IMG/VR virus record: IMGVR_UViG_3300025600_000037
Span: 1-36,572 of that record
Length of the DNA: 36,572 nt
Direction: 5' to 3' (one strand)
Source: a virus
Lineage: Duplodnaviria > Caudoviricetes
Shown here: one piece after another, positions 35,636-36,572 of the stretch
How the letters are laid out: the number at the start of each line of letters is the position of its first letter
Numbering within the stretch: the first letter of the stretch is position 1
The notes under the pieces: generated by a model
The model's database searches: none
What the model saw: only the letters and a program-made list of their open reading frames with translations
What the model was told of the DNA's origin: nothing
Made by a program: the position numbers and the translations under genes

Positions 35636-36136
35636 ATGGAAACAAAATCGGGCGGAGAGGACAGACGGGATCCCAGCGCCAATGTGCTTTTACTGGTAGG
35701 AAATGTCAAAGAATATCTCGAAGAAATGCACAAACAGACACGAGAGTTCTTAGAGCAAAAATTGCAAGTATCAATTGAGTCATCTCGACGCGAACGTCAA
35801 ATAGAAACAGATCGAATTGATGCGTGCCGTCGCGATGATACTGAAGCCGTAAAAGTCGCCAATCAAGCGGCCGTAAAACAGGCTGAGGCACTTGCTAACC
35901 AGATGGCGGAGAATGCCGAAACGCTACGAGCCTCTATGGCAAAAACGGCAGAAGTGCTTGCGGCGCAACTGCAAGCGGTTACGCAGTCTCTCGACAACAG
36001 GCTCAAAATTGTTGAGGAAAAGCAATACCTTCTTGCAGGTTCCTCGAAAGGCAGTCGTGATATGTGGGGTTGGATAAGTGCAGGTGTCGTTTTGTTTATT
36101 GCAATAATTGGATTTATAACCAAATGGGATTTCTGA
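35636..36136 (+). CDS. Coiled-coil protein with C-terminal transmembrane helix (lysis-module, holin-associated)
   Basis: Long helical region plus WISAGVVLFIAIIGFI; position before holin. Confidence 0.65.
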   Translation: METKSGGEDRRDPSANVLLLVGNVKEYLEEMHKQTREFLEQKLQVSIESSRRERQIETDRIDACRRDDTEAVKVANQAAVKQAEALANQMAENAETLRASMAKTAEVLAAQLQAVTQSLDNRLKIVEEKQYLLAGSSKGSRDMWGWISAGVVLFIAIIGFITKWDF

Positions 36137-36157
36137 AAATAAAAGGAGGATTTTATC

Positions 36158-36430
36158 ATGAACGATATTACAACTTTAGGCACGTTTGCTGGGTGCACCG
36201 CTGTGGTGCTTGGGGTGGTCCAGCTCATCAAGCCGATGTTTGAGGGAATCAACATCCGGTTGGTAGCACTACTGGTCTCAATCTTGGTGCTCGAATTCGT
36301 TGCGGTCGTTACCGGCGGCGGCGTTGAGGCGTACGGTCTTGCCTTGATCAACTCGTTTCTGGTAGCGTCCGCGGCGATGGGAGCATACGAGGTCACGTTC
36401 GCCAAGTCGGATGCTAAGAAGCTGGAATGA
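36158..36430 (+). CDS. Holin
   Basis: 90 aa; three hydrophobic helices; charged tail; immediately before the endolysin. Confidence 0.8.
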   Translation: MNDITTLGTFAGCTAVVLGVVQLIKPMFEGINIRLVALLVSILVLEFVAVVTGGGVEAYGLALINSFLVASAAMGAYEVTFAKSDAKKLE

Positions 36431-36446
36431 AGTGCGTATGTTTCTG

Positions 36447-36572
36447 GCGGCTCTGGCGTCGGTGTAAAAACTGCGTCAGCCCACATCGGTTGGCAAAGTT
36501 GAGGAGGTATATAAATAATGGGTAAGTCAGTTTCGGGGCTGCTCGCGCATACCGCAAGTAAAATTGGAAAAA
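36447..36572 (+). repeat. Terminal direct repeat, right copy (includes restart of the endolysin gene)
   Basis: Identical to 10-135. Confidence 0.95.

Larger units (their letters stand above)
10..36572. mobile_element. Complete temperate siphovirus-type phage genome, circular form, about 36,437 bp unit length
   Basis: Full lysogeny, replication, packaging, head, tail and lysis modules; no host housekeeping genes; terminal 126-bp overlap; intact attP internal to the contig. Confidence 0.95.

Noticed and set aside
10-36572. Stop-codon reassignment (alternative genetic code)
   Set aside because: Genes are full length under the standard code, TAA, TGA and TAG all end genes, and no suppressor tRNA is present

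Overview
The window is essentially one complete, circularly permuted genome (about 36.4 kb) of a temperate long-tailed phage of a Gram-positive host, probably Clostridia. Bases 10-135 recur exactly at 36447-36572, and an intact attP lies mid-contig, so this is the excised or virion form. The attP core is the 3' half of a tRNA-Phe(GAA) gene, flanked by integrase arm repeats. Gene order: endolysin | AT-rich three-gene accessory operon | attP | tyrosine integrase | lipoprotein, HsdR_N-like nuclease, ImmA, ImmR/CI || Cro, Xis, small early genes, HNH, PD-(D/E)XK exonuclease, Sak4-like ATPase, SSB-like, HD hydrolase, replication initiator, DnaB, RusA, late activator | terminases, portal, minor capsid with toxin-like extension, scaffold, capsid, A118-like neck and tail genes, tape measure, tail tip and fibres, holins. 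The strongest candidate for an undescribed system is the operon at 1267-2625 (DUF6941-like protein, putative antitoxin, ADP-ribosyltransferase-like toxin). It resembles a toxin-antitoxin-chaperone anti-phage module with a non-SecB third partner. Other notable signals: three self-contained antisense small-RNA units, each in front of a recombination gene; a MuF-type metallopeptidase toxin/immunity pair; an internal in-frame start in the endolysin; a structured RNA after cro; a terminator just behind the late promoter; and a tail domain split by an in-frame TAA. All family assignments come from motif recognition by eye, not from database searches.
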